From a virus: a stretch of DNA of 64,000 bases. Within the stretch, counting starts at the first letter, position 1. Each line of letters starts with the position of its first letter. The stretch is from the IMG/VR virus record IMGVR_UViG_3300037187_000003, positions 7,418-71,417 of that record; one strand, given 5' to 3'. The notes below the pieces were generated by a model. That model made no database searches. It saw only the letters and a list, made by a program, of their open reading frames with translations, and was not told the origin of the DNA. Position numbers and translations under genes: made by a program. Below, piece after piece: positions 9,469 to 18,008 of the stretch.

Positions 9469-11073
9469 TCAGAGAACCCGGATACGGGCCACGTCAGGAT
9501 GCGCCGCCGCGAACCCCTTGACCGTCGCGGCATCGTTTGCGAGCGCGACGGGCCGCTGCTTGTCGCGGGCGCGTTCCTTGGCCATCTCGATCAGCGCGGG
9601 ATACGCGGACGGATGCACGCCGGCATGCTTCACGCCAACGCTGTCCATCGCGAGCCGATACACGGCTTCGGCGCTCTCCTGCGGCATGGCGAGCTTGCCG
9701 ATCAGCGGCTCAACGGCACGCTCGGCGTCGCGCAGCGCGGCGTGCTTGCGGTTAGATTCGGCCACGGCGTCAGCGATCGCGGCGTCCATCGCGGCCTTGG
9801 TGACCGGCTTTGGCTCGGCGTCGAGGGCTGCCTTGTCGCGCGCGGCCTTGTCCTTGGCCTCTTTCTCTTCCTTCTCCAGCCTTTCCTTCTCGGCAGGATC
9901 GGCGTCACGCGCCGCCTTGTCTTTCGCCGCCTTGTCGGCGGCACGCTTCTCCATGCGAGCCTTCTTCTCTTCCGCGGTCTCGGCTTCTGCGTCCCGCGCG
10001 GCCTTGTCTTCGGCCTCCTTCGCCTCCCGCTTCTTCTTTTCCTCCTCGGATTCCGGCTCGGCGTCCATCGTGTCAGGCTCGCCTTCGCCTTCCTTGTCGA
10101 GAGAATCGAGAAAGGCGTGCATGTCGTCCAGCTTGGCATCCTTCGCCAGCTTGCCAGACGTTGCCGTGGTCAGCCGCCGCGCGATCTCCGGCTTGGCTGC
10201 GGTCCAGTTCGCCGCCGTGGCGCCCAGCAGGACCGGCTTGAGGTCGATCTTGGTGTCGGCGGCCAGCTTCGGCATCAGGTACGCGGACAGAGCGCCGCGG
10301 ACCAACAGGGCCTTACGAGATGCAGGCATGTTGTTCTCCTGGGGGTTCCGCATGCCGGGTGGCATCGCGTCTTCGACAAGTACGTCAGGTCCAGCGCGAC
10401 CGTCCGTGACCGTCGCGAAATGGTTAAACTTGATATTCCGCATCACGCCGTCATAGGGTTCGCCTTCATAAACCCCAGGCGTCATGTCCGGATCGTAGGA
10501 ATAGCTCGCGCTGATCTGGCGCTTTTTGTTCGTCTCGACACCATCGATCCCGTCGCGCGTCCAGAACGCCATCGAGTTCCGCAGATAGGGATGCTCGTAA
10601 TCAGCGTTCGTGCCAGTCGTGCCGACTATTTTGTCCTGGTGTGGATCGTCGGGCGACTGCGCGATGTGCCGCGCCATGACGGGCTGATTGTTGGCGGTCG
10701 GGACGGCCTTCTTCAGTTCGTCGGGGTCGCGCAGCAGCTTGTATTTGCGCTGCGGATCAAGACCCAGCTTTTCGGCGTTCGGTATTTCATGGCCGTAGTA
10801 TTCGTTGACGGCGGCTTTGGTCAGCGGCGTCTGCTTGACGTGCATCCGGCCGAACGTGTCGAAGTCGCGGACCGACTCAGGGTCGAAGTCGAAGGTTAGG
10901 GCCTCGTCGTTGCCGCCGCCGCCGCCTTCCTCTGCCGGGTCAAAGCCGAGCATCATCACAACGTCTTCTGGCGTCTTTATCTGTTCATCGTCTGGATCGG
11001 CGTCCTTGATCTTGCGCCAGTCTACCGGCTTGCTTTCAGCCGATCCGAAGTGTGCATCGGGAAAGTCGCTCAT
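9469..11073 (-). CDS. prohead protease/scaffold (DUF2213)
   Basis: YYGHEIP, LLRDPDEL, ISASYSYD and NHFATVTDGRAGPDV motifs, then a charged scaffold-like tail; ATG overlaps the topoisomerase stop. Confidence 0.85.
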   Translation of the reverse strand: MSDFPDAHFGSAESKPVDWRKIKDADPDDEQIKTPEDVVMMLGFDPAEEGGGGGNDEALTFDFDPESVRDFDTFGRMHVKQTPLTKAAVNEYYGHEIPNAEKLGLDPQRKYKLLRDPDELKKAVPTANNQPVMARHIAQSPDDPHQDKIVGTTGTNADYEHPYLRNSMAFWTRDGIDGVETNKKRQISASYSYDPDMTPGVYEGEPYDGVMRNIKFNHFATVTDGRAGPDVLVEDAMPPGMRNPQENNMPASRKALLVRGALSAYLMPKLAADTKIDLKPVLLGATAANWTAAKPEIARRLTTATSGKLAKDAKLDDMHAFLDSLDKEGEGEPDTMDAEPESEEEKKKREAKEAEDKAARDAEAETAEEKKARMEKRAADKAAKDKAARDADPAEKERLEKEEKEAKDKAARDKAALDAEPKPVTKAAMDAAIADAVAESNRKHAALRDAERAVEPLIGKLAMPQESAEAVYRLAMDSVGVKHAGVHPSAYPALIEMAKERARDKQRPVALANDAATVKGFAAAHPDVARIRVL

Positions 11074-11981
11074 ATCGCGGCCCTCCATTCAGCGAATACA
11101 GCAGGTGAGATATACGATTGCAGCGCAATGACCGGGGTATTCCCAAGCCGCCGCGATACCGCCGTTGCGACCGCCATCACAGCCTTCTTGTAATCTGCCA
11201 TTGTCTTCGGTGGAGACTGCTTTGCAACCAGGGCATACGCCGTTGACGTGCCTACATGGGTGCGGAAGTCTTTGGTCTTGAAACCGCCCCCATTAAGGGT
11301 ATGAACATGAGCCAGGAGCGTCTTGTCGTCCGTCGCGGGAAACAGCTTGCCGGTCTGCCCTGCCGTCATAGCTCTCTCGGCCAGCATTTCAGCCAAGCCT
11401 TCGTCATTGACCTTTAGGTTGAGCGCCACGCCCTTCTTTCCGATGAATCGGAGAGAGACGCCATCTTGGCCTACTACTACATGGCGCCCCTCAAGTGTGG
11501 TAGCGCCATAAGCCTTGACCTTCGCTCCTGTGTCCGTTTCACTTCCCGGACGCACGCCCATCTTCATAATCAGGTCCAGGCAGTCGGCCGAGTCCTTGAT
11601 CTTAGGATTATCAGACCGCTGTGCGTTGGCGTTCTGATCCGAGATGTATCCGAATTTGCCACGCAGTTCTTCTATCCTATCGAACTTAGCGGCGGCCTGC
11701 GTGGCGCTGAATGTCTCGGAGTAGACGGACTGGACGCGGCCTTTAGAGTCCTTGCCAACAGCAAGCAGATCAGCTTTCGGATCATCACTGTAGCGCACAT
11801 CTGTCCAAGCCGGAGGCAGTTTCAAACTCTCAATGTGGGCCGGGAGAGGAGCGCCGCTAACCTGTGTTCGTTTGCCGCCCTCCGTTTTCGTTTGCGTCAG
11901 TGCGGCACGTCCAGAACCGCCGCCCGAGCCGAACTTGCCGTCCGTATCGCGTGGGTGTTCTGACTCGACAAACTCCGCCAT
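11070..11981 (-). CDS. DNA topoisomerase IB (bacterial/poxvirus type) with N-terminal HPR..G.F leader
   Basis: LPPAWTDV and GKDSKGRVQ motifs; catalytic pentad present: R (GVRPG), K (FIGKKG), R (KDFRT), N (LGNTP), Y (QSYI). Confidence 0.9.
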   Translation of the reverse strand: MAEFVESEHPRDTDGKFGSGGGSGRAALTQTKTEGGKRTQVSGAPLPAHIESLKLPPAWTDVRYSDDPKADLLAVGKDSKGRVQSVYSETFSATQAAAKFDRIEELRGKFGYISDQNANAQRSDNPKIKDSADCLDLIMKMGVRPGSETDTGAKVKAYGATTLEGRHVVVGQDGVSLRFIGKKGVALNLKVNDEGLAEMLAERAMTAGQTGKLFPATDDKTLLAHVHTLNGGGFKTKDFRTHVGTSTAYALVAKQSPPKTMADYKKAVMAVATAVSRRLGNTPVIALQSYISPAVFAEWRAAI

Positions 11982-11982
11982 C

Positions 11983-12411
11983 TCACCGGCTCTGCAACAC
12001 AACCGCGACATCAATGGGCGTGGCGGGCGATGCGGACCCGTTCACAATCTCCAGCGTAAACGACTGAAACACGCGGCCATCGTTGTTGTCGATCACCGCA
12101 AGCGTGCCGGAGTTCATCGCGGTGCTGATGAGCGTCCCGGTCGGTATAGCCCCGCCAGCGTCGAGAAACCGCTGCACGCCGAATGTCCCGGCCTGATTGA
12201 TCTCGGCCGATGCGGCAAGGTGCGGCATACCGTTCGCTTGGATCAACGCGCTATTCCATGTGCCGAGGCTGCCGATCGTGCCGGGGACCGTGATCGTGCC
12301 GGGCGTCGATACGGTGCCGGTGTTCTGCGGTATGTCGAGTTGCCATGCGGGACCATCGACGACGATCTGAGCGACGGCGCCGTTACCGAGGGCGGCTTCT
12401 GCGGTGGGCAT
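11983..12411 (-). CDS. hypothetical (possibly virion) protein
   Basis: 142-aa beta-rich ORF coupled to the MuF gene. Confidence 0.6.
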   Translation of the reverse strand: MPTAEAALGNGAVAQIVVDGPAWQLDIPQNTGTVSTPGTITVPGTIGSLGTWNSALIQANGMPHLAASAEINQAGTFGVQRFLDAGGAIPTGTLISTAMNSGTLAVIDNNDGRVFQSFTLEIVNGSASPATPIDVAVVLQSR

Positions 12412-13226
12412 TAGCTAAAGCCTTCCACGATTGGTTTGCTATTGCAACGGCAATTTATGAGTGACCCGGGCCAGACGAATTTCTGTTCCGCCGGATCGAA
12501 CCACCCTTTTGCGATCTCATACGGCTTTCCATCATTCGCGAGATGCGTGGGCCGCGGTTCTTTACCGGCGGTCGAGTGCAGCCACAACGCATGGGTGATC
12601 CCTAGCTCTGTCTGTCGCACCCGAGTCGTGATAGCGAACGCCTTGTTCGTTTGGTCGCGCGCTATAATTGTCGCCCGCCGCCGCGTCACCCCAAACTGCG
12701 ATTCGATCTCCTTGACCATCATCCCGAGATCGCCGCCAACCTGCACGCCGCGCATTACGATGCCTTGCACTTGCGTCAAGTACTGGGCCGGGATCGACTT
12801 AATCAGCGCGATGTTCTCTCCAATCGAACCCTGCAACGCCTGATTCGCCGCCTCGGTCATGCGGAACTTCACAGTCCATCCGCCGCGTTTCAAGATCGAC
12901 TGAAACGCCCCGTCCGCGCGCCGCTGTGCCGACGTTGCGAAGTGTCGCGCCAGTTCCTCTGCCATCGTGTCGAAGCGTTTCCGCCACTGCGCGCCGAGAT
13001 CATCGAACGTGCCGCGCATGCCCATCGCAGGGGAGTCGTTGTCCTGCGCCAGCGATACGGGCGGGTTGCGACGGTATTGCGCGCGAACCCAGTAGAGCAC
13101 CGAGGCGTTCATTGCCGCGATCTCGGCGTCCAGGCGCTTGTGGTAGGCCGCTTCAATCCCCGCATTGGGGCGAACGGGCGGAAGGATGCGCCGCTTGCCC
13201 GTGGGGGAGATAAGCTTGACTGTCAT
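12411..13226 (-). CDS. phage head morphogenesis protein (MuF/SPP1 gp7-like)
   Basis: ENIALIKSI, IARDQTNK, WLHS, RPTH and PGSLINCRC motifs. Confidence 0.88.
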   Translation of the reverse strand: MTVKLISPTGKRRILPPVRPNAGIEAAYHKRLDAEIAAMNASVLYWVRAQYRRNPPVSLAQDNDSPAMGMRGTFDDLGAQWRKRFDTMAEELARHFATSAQRRADGAFQSILKRGGWTVKFRMTEAANQALQGSIGENIALIKSIPAQYLTQVQGIVMRGVQVGGDLGMMVKEIESQFGVTRRRATIIARDQTNKAFAITTRVRQTELGITHALWLHSTAGKEPRPTHLANDGKPYEIAKGWFDPAEQKFVWPGSLINCRCNSKPIVEGFS

Positions 13227-13245
13227 TATGTCACTGGCGTATGGT
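13216..13245 (+). promoter_or_regulatory. putative sigma70 promoter for the antisense cassette
   Basis: TTGACT-N18-TATGGT upstream of the plus-strand ORFs. Confidence 0.4.
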
Positions 13246-13275
13246 CAGGCGGTAACGGCAGAAGGAACACAAATC

Positions 13276-13476
13276 GTGGCAGACCTCAAAGAAGGCAATC
13301 GTGTTGAGCTTACGGTGGATCAGGCGATCATGTTCAAGGACGATACGGTAAAAGCTGGAACATGCGGAACGGTCGGCTATGTCGCTCCCTATGACGACTG
13401 CCTATGGTCGGTACAGTTCGATGACGGCCGTAAGGTGTGGTGTGCTGCGGCCGAGCTTCGGAAGATCGAAACATGA
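13276..13476 (+). CDS. small SH3/KOW-like hypothetical protein
   Basis: GAAGGA RBS and GTG start; LKEGNRVEL...GTVGYV...WSVQFDDG. Confidence 0.6.
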   Translation: MADLKEGNRVELTVDQAIMFKDDTVKAGTCGTVGYVAPYDDCLWSVQFDDGRKVWCAAAELRKIET

Positions 13477-13709
13477 CCACCATTCCCCCGTTCCGCACCA
13501 CCATGTGCGACCCGGTGATTGCCGCCTTGTTCCGCGATGGGTGCATTCCCGCCCCGCCATTCCCCAGTCCGACCGTCTATGTCGATGTGGGCAAATGTCT
13601 CACGCCAACTCCGCGCCAAGCATTACCTTGGACTGACGACTGGCATGCCGACCCGCTTGGATTGGGAATTATCCGGTTGACATACCATAGACTAGGGGTA
13701 GTGTTGTGA
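13473..13709 (+). CDS. hypothetical protein
   Basis: ATGA-coupled ORF. Confidence 0.45.
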   Translation: MTTIPPFRTTMCDPVIAALFRDGCIPAPPFPSPTVYVDVGKCLTPTPRQALPWTDDWHADPLGLGIIRLTYHRLGVVL

Positions 13710-13906
13710 GCGACAGGCCGACGTTGGACGAAGTCGAGGTTACGCCAGAGATGATCGCGGCGGCCGCCGCTGCGATCTGGTGCGGTGATGTCGAGTGGTC
13801 TGTTTACGACAGCCCAACTGGCGCAGAGACCATTGCAAGGAAAGTCATCGAGGCAGCTTTGAAAGTTCGTCGCGAAAATCACGCAGCGCGAACCATAACT
13901 GGTTGA
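13706..13906 (+). CDS. hypothetical protein (VTPEMI type)
   Basis: GTGA-coupled; EVTPEMIAAA...IARKVIEAAL. Confidence 0.55.
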   Translation: MSDRPTLDEVEVTPEMIAAAAAAIWCGDVEWSVYDSPTGAETIARKVIEAALKVRRENHAARTITG

Positions 13907-14154
13907 CTTTGGCGATGTGCGCTTTCACGTCCTCTATTTTCAGGTCCTTCTTTGGTGGCTTCCCGCGCATCTTCTCAGTCCTGCTAACGTAGGACGCCCA
14001 CCATACATCGGTGATGGTGATGTTCGTTGGATCACTGGTTGGGTCGAATGTCGCGTGCGGGGATGCTACGTTGATGATGCCTGCACCAAAATCGCTTTCA
14101 GTCCGATGCAGGATGGGCGCACGCGCGAGACTTGGCTTTGGGAGGAATGAAGCC

Positions 14155-14388
14155 GTGACCCGCGACATCCGCGCCACCCGAGACGCCTTCCATTTGACCA
14201 CCGCCGGCCTCGCCCGCTTAGTCGGCGTGACAGACCGAACCGCGTATCGGTGGATGGCTGGGACACTATCGGTGCCAGAGCCGGTGTGGCGGCTGTTGGA
14301 GTTGGTAGAGTGGGCGGCAGATGGCGATGAGAGCGGGCAACCCTTCTATGAGTGCGTTCGAGATGTCGCTTGCCGGGTATTTTCATGA
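14155..14388 (+). CDS. XRE-like HTH protein
   Basis: GGAGG RBS; LTTAGLARLVGVTDRTAYRW...VPEPVWRLL. Confidence 0.65.
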   Translation: MTRDIRATRDAFHLTTAGLARLVGVTDRTAYRWMAGTLSVPEPVWRLLELVEWAADGDESGQPFYECVRDVACRVFS

Positions 14389-14555
14389 CCGAAGAACAAC
14401 TCGCTCTGCTAGAATACATCGGCCGTTGCCTTATGGAACAAGCGACTGATGTAAAGTTTCGGCCGGACTTTCAGCGCCTGCTCATATTAATGGCAAAGAA
14501 TGGATTCGATATAGGAATGCCAGACCCCGCCTGCCCGATCACGCCCCCGAGTTAG
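14385..14555 (+). CDS. hypothetical protein
   Basis: ATGA-coupled 56-aa ORF. Confidence 0.45.
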   Translation: MTEEQLALLEYIGRCLMEQATDVKFRPDFQRLLILMAKNGFDIGMPDPACPITPPS

Positions 14556-16113
14556 CCCCACTCTCCGAACCTTCTTCCGCCTGATTATCCACGCGCTCGC
14601 TCGGGTCCGTCAGGTCTGAGCTGCCCGGCATCTCCGGTGGTCCAGGCGCGTCACCCTTCAAGCCGTGATAGGGGCTTTCCGGATCAGCCGCGAGCACGGC
14701 GCGGCGCTCATCCGGACTGATCGCGCCGCTTTCGATATCCACCGCTGCTGCGTCCGCATCCGTCTTCCGAACCGCCGCACGTCCGGCTTCGTCCAACTCC
14801 CAAAGCAACTCCCAGTCGTGGGTAATCTCTTCGTCGATCTCGCCGAACTCGTTTAGTTGCAGAATGTCGAGGATGTATTTGACCGGATCGTCCAGCAAGC
14901 GCTCTTGCTTGGAATGGACAACGTCATACCAGACCCGGATTTCGTCCTCGGTGGTGGCGTTGAGGCCGGATGGTGTGATGCCGAACGCCTTGACCAGCGG
15001 CTCGCCGGTCACCGCGGCCATGTGCTCCTGCGCCTGCGCTTGCAGCTTATCCAGCGTGCCCAGCGGCGCGGACACGTTGGACAGCGCCTCCCGTTCCTTA
15101 TCGACCGCCATCAGGCCGAGGTTGTTGCGCCAGATCGTGAAGAGCGCGATACGATCCTCAAGACTTGTGCCGGAACCACCACCCAACACGGTGTCCATGT
15201 CCGTTTCCAGCACGAACACGGTAAACGCCTGAATCAGATCGGACACCGATTGCCGCGTTCGGAGCCAGTTATCCACGTACGGCTTTAACATCTGCGACAG
15301 CGACAGCCCGCCGAAATTATAGGCGGGCTTCAGCAGATCGGGGACCGGATGCGGCACCATCGTAATGAGCCGCGTTACGTGTATCTGGTCGCCCATCACG
15401 AACCAGATTTGCGGGCGATAGAACGTCGGGGCGCGTGGGTTGTTTGAGTTGTAGACGTTCGGCGCAACCCATGTCGGGTCGATGATGGTGAACCCGTTCA
15501 GCGAACCTTTTGCGATCTTCGCTTTATTCAACAACAGTGGCGACCGCATTTCGTCCCTATCGTCTCGGTCGCCAACATCAACGAATAACTGCGCCAACCC
15601 CATCATCTCGGCGAGTTCTATCCACTCGCGCAACAGGTGCCGCACGCGGAACCGGTCCAGGGCGGCGTTCAGCGTGGCGATCTTTGCAGTCTTGTCCTTC
15701 TTCCCAACCGCCTTGAGCGTGAGCCACTTCCGCGTCATTTCCTCTGCGATGACTTCGGCGGGGCGGCGGTATTCGGCACGCTGCGCCAGAGCGGCGAGAT
15801 AGGGATAGCCCTCGAATCCGATGCCCTCCTGCCACATGCCTTGCGCGCCGGCATATGCGTAGGGCGATCCGGACTGCACGCCCCACGCACCGTCCATCGC
15901 GAGCTTCGCGGCCGGCGGAACAACGCCCGGCGCGTACTGAGGCAGGACGTACGGGTTGCGACCGGCGTTGTGGTGGCCCTGCGCGCGAGCCAGGAGGCTG
16001 GGCGATATGGAAAGCGCTTGCCGGACTGGCGCGGAGGCAACGGGCTCCTGCCGCGGCCTGGGCGCCTCTGTGGTACGAAGTGTAGGCCACCGGAGCCACG
16101 GGAGCTTTGCCAT
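14539..16113 (-). CDS. portal protein (DUF1073 type)
   Basis: Follows TerL; GYPYLAALAQRAEYR, IHVTRL, KPAYNFGGLSLSQ and GITPSGLNAT motifs. Confidence 0.9.
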   Translation of the reverse strand: MAKLPWLRWPTLRTTEAPRPRQEPVASAPVRQALSISPSLLARAQGHHNAGRNPYVLPQYAPGVVPPAAKLAMDGAWGVQSGSPYAYAGAQGMWQEGIGFEGYPYLAALAQRAEYRRPAEVIAEEMTRKWLTLKAVGKKDKTAKIATLNAALDRFRVRHLLREWIELAEMMGLAQLFVDVGDRDDRDEMRSPLLLNKAKIAKGSLNGFTIIDPTWVAPNVYNSNNPRAPTFYRPQIWFVMGDQIHVTRLITMVPHPVPDLLKPAYNFGGLSLSQMLKPYVDNWLRTRQSVSDLIQAFTVFVLETDMDTVLGGGSGTSLEDRIALFTIWRNNLGLMAVDKEREALSNVSAPLGTLDKLQAQAQEHMAAVTGEPLVKAFGITPSGLNATTEDEIRVWYDVVHSKQERLLDDPVKYILDILQLNEFGEIDEEITHDWELLWELDEAGRAAVRKTDADAAAVDIESGAISPDERRAVLAADPESPYHGLKGDAPGPPEMPGSSDLTDPSERVDNQAEEGSESGANSGA

Positions 16114-16131
16114 TACGTGTCCCGTTGCTGT

Positions 16132-17634
16132 CTACCGGCGCACCCCGGCGCGAGCCAGGAGCGAGGGGGCGATCTGGATCGGCGGTCGGTTCATGCCGAC
16201 CACCTCGAACGCTCCGGATAGCCCGTCAACCTGATCGTCATGCCCACCGGCCGGGAACGATGCCAATTCATCCCGTAGCGCTGCATTCCACGACGCCTTG
16301 ACCATCGCCACGTTGCCGACGTTCACCTGGCTTGCGACCGGCGCGGCGCGGGTTGCCTTGTCGCCCGTCTCACGCTGCGACTGCACCTGATAGCCAGCCA
16401 GTTTCCGGGTATAGTAAAGCACTTGATGCTTGCCGGCCTGCCCAGGGTCTTCCGATAGCCTGATCTGCACCGCGCGCCCGTCTTGCGTTGCTGTGTTCAC
16501 AACAGCCGCCTCGATTTCGTCAGGGCCGCCGCGCAACCTCACCACATCGATGATGATGTAACGTCCCTCTTTCGTGCGACCCAACTTCAGTCCGACCGTC
16601 CAGTCCGGGTTGTTCGTGCCCATCTGTTTCGTCGCGGCCATGTCCCAGGATCGGACGATACTGACGCAAACGGGGGCGGCGTCGAGGACTTCGATCAGGA
16701 AAGGCTTGAAGAGCGCGCCTTCGTTAGGGCGTGGGCGCTGTTGGTAGAGAGCGGCCCATTCTCGCTCGCCAGTTTCAATCCTGGTCCCGGCCAGCATCTC
16801 GGCCGAAAAACGCTCTGGCCAAAGCGCTTCTCCAGGCGCCCGACCCATTTGGTCATTGTCTTCGGCAATGGCCGGAAGATTAGCAATCCGCCACTGCGTT
16901 CCGCCCGTAGCTGCGGCATCCAGCAGCCTTCCAGCCAAATCGTCTTCGTGCCATCGAGTCTGAATTAAAATCAATCGAGCGCCTGGATTTAGGCGAGTAA
17001 TTACTTCTGCCCGATACCAGTTCCAGACGGTATCGCGGATGGCCGGGCTATCAGCATCCTTGCGACCTCGGATTGGATCGTCAATGATGAAAAGATCGGC
17101 GCGGCGGCCGGTTATGGACCCTCCCGCACCAGCCGCCCGGTAGACTCCACCTGTCGTGGTGCGCCATAGACTCGATGACTCATTCCGAAGTCCATAACCA
17201 AGCGTTTCGCTATTCTGCTGGATGTAGCTGATAACTCTTCCACTGAGGTCTTCGGCATATTCGCTGGCATGACTGGCTCCGATGACGTGTTGATTGGGAG
17301 CCAGACCCAGAAACCATGCCGCGAACAAGATTGAGGCGTACGTGGTCTTCGCGCTGTTCGGCGGCATGAAAACCATCAATCGCGTCGTCTCGCCGCGCGC
17401 CACAGCCTCTAATTCGCGGATCAAAAACCGATGGTGCCGGGCCGGGGTTTGGTCGAGAGGCGCAAGTGCCTCAATGCACCACGCCGTGAGGCTCCTCCGG
17501 CAATCGCGGCGCCAGAGTTCCCGCTCTATCTCCAATTCCCTCAGAGCCAACGATCTCAATTCGTCGGCGGGAGATTTCCTCGCGCTCGGCCCGTAGAGCG
17601 GCCTCGTCACGCTGACTGTCATCGGTGCGGACAT
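16132..17634 (-). CDS. terL: terminase large subunit
   Basis: RLMVFMPPNSAKT, ITGRRADLFIIDDP, QTRWHEDDLAG, RSWDMA and HDDQVD motifs; exact start uncertain. Confidence 0.95.
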   Translation of the reverse strand: MSAPMTVSVTRPLYGPSARKSPADELRSLALRELEIERELWRRDCRRSLTAWCIEALAPLDQTPARHHRFLIRELEAVARGETTRLMVFMPPNSAKTTYASILFAAWFLGLAPNQHVIGASHASEYAEDLSGRVISYIQQNSETLGYGLRNESSSLWRTTTGGVYRAAGAGGSITGRRADLFIIDDPIRGRKDADSPAIRDTVWNWYRAEVITRLNPGARLILIQTRWHEDDLAGRLLDAAATGGTQWRIANLPAIAEDNDQMGRAPGEALWPERFSAEMLAGTRIETGEREWAALYQQRPRPNEGALFKPFLIEVLDAAPVCVSIVRSWDMAATKQMGTNNPDWTVGLKLGRTKEGRYIIIDVVRLRGGPDEIEAAVVNTATQDGRAVQIRLSEDPGQAGKHQVLYYTRKLAGYQVQSQRETGDKATRAAPVASQVNVGNVAMVKASWNAALRDELASFPAGGHDDQVDGLSGAFEVVGMNRPPIQIAPSLLARAGVRR

Positions 17635-17923
17635 TCAAGGTTTCGCTGGACAGCTTAGGGTGCTCATACGGCCCCCACGCCTCTGCCGCCTTCAACATCA
17701 ACGGCACGTGACCCATCTTGACCGCGGCATGGGCAACCATGCGGAAGATATCACGCGGGAGAAGGGTGGCGATTTCAGCATCGGTCAGATGGCCAAGCGC
17801 CAGTTGGCGGGATTCGGCTACTTTACCAGCGAGTTCGGCAAGTTCCGCCGTTCGCTTGGCTGTTGGCTTGTTCGGCGCACCCGGCGGCCTCCCCCGCGGC
17901 CGTCCTGTCCGTGGCGTGGCCAT
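17471..17923 (-). CDS. terminase small subunit (putative)
   Basis: GRPPGAPNK N-terminus and PYEHPKLS motif; directly upstream of TerL. Confidence 0.7.
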   Translation of the reverse strand: MATPRTGRPRGRPPGAPNKPTAKRTAELAELAGKVAESRQLALGHLTDAEIATLLPRDIFRMVAHAAVKMGHVPLMLKAAEAWGPYEHPKLSSETLNVRTDDSQRDEAALRAEREEISRRRIEIVGSEGIGDRAGTLAPRLPEEPHGVVH

Positions 17924-18008
17924 GATTGGTTGTCCGAATTTCTTTCCCGATTATCCACCCGCACAAAACCGCAGGATATTCGTTCTTTCCCCTATTCCCG
18001 GCCCGTTG

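Noticed and set aside
9780-10080. DNA repeats in the scaffold region
   Set aside because: They are explained by the protein-level DKAARDA repeats of the scaffold.
14539-16113. Anti-CBASS Acb1 label often attached to DUF1073 proteins
   Set aside because: No 2H-phosphoesterase HxT/S motif pair was seen; position and motifs indicate a plain portal.
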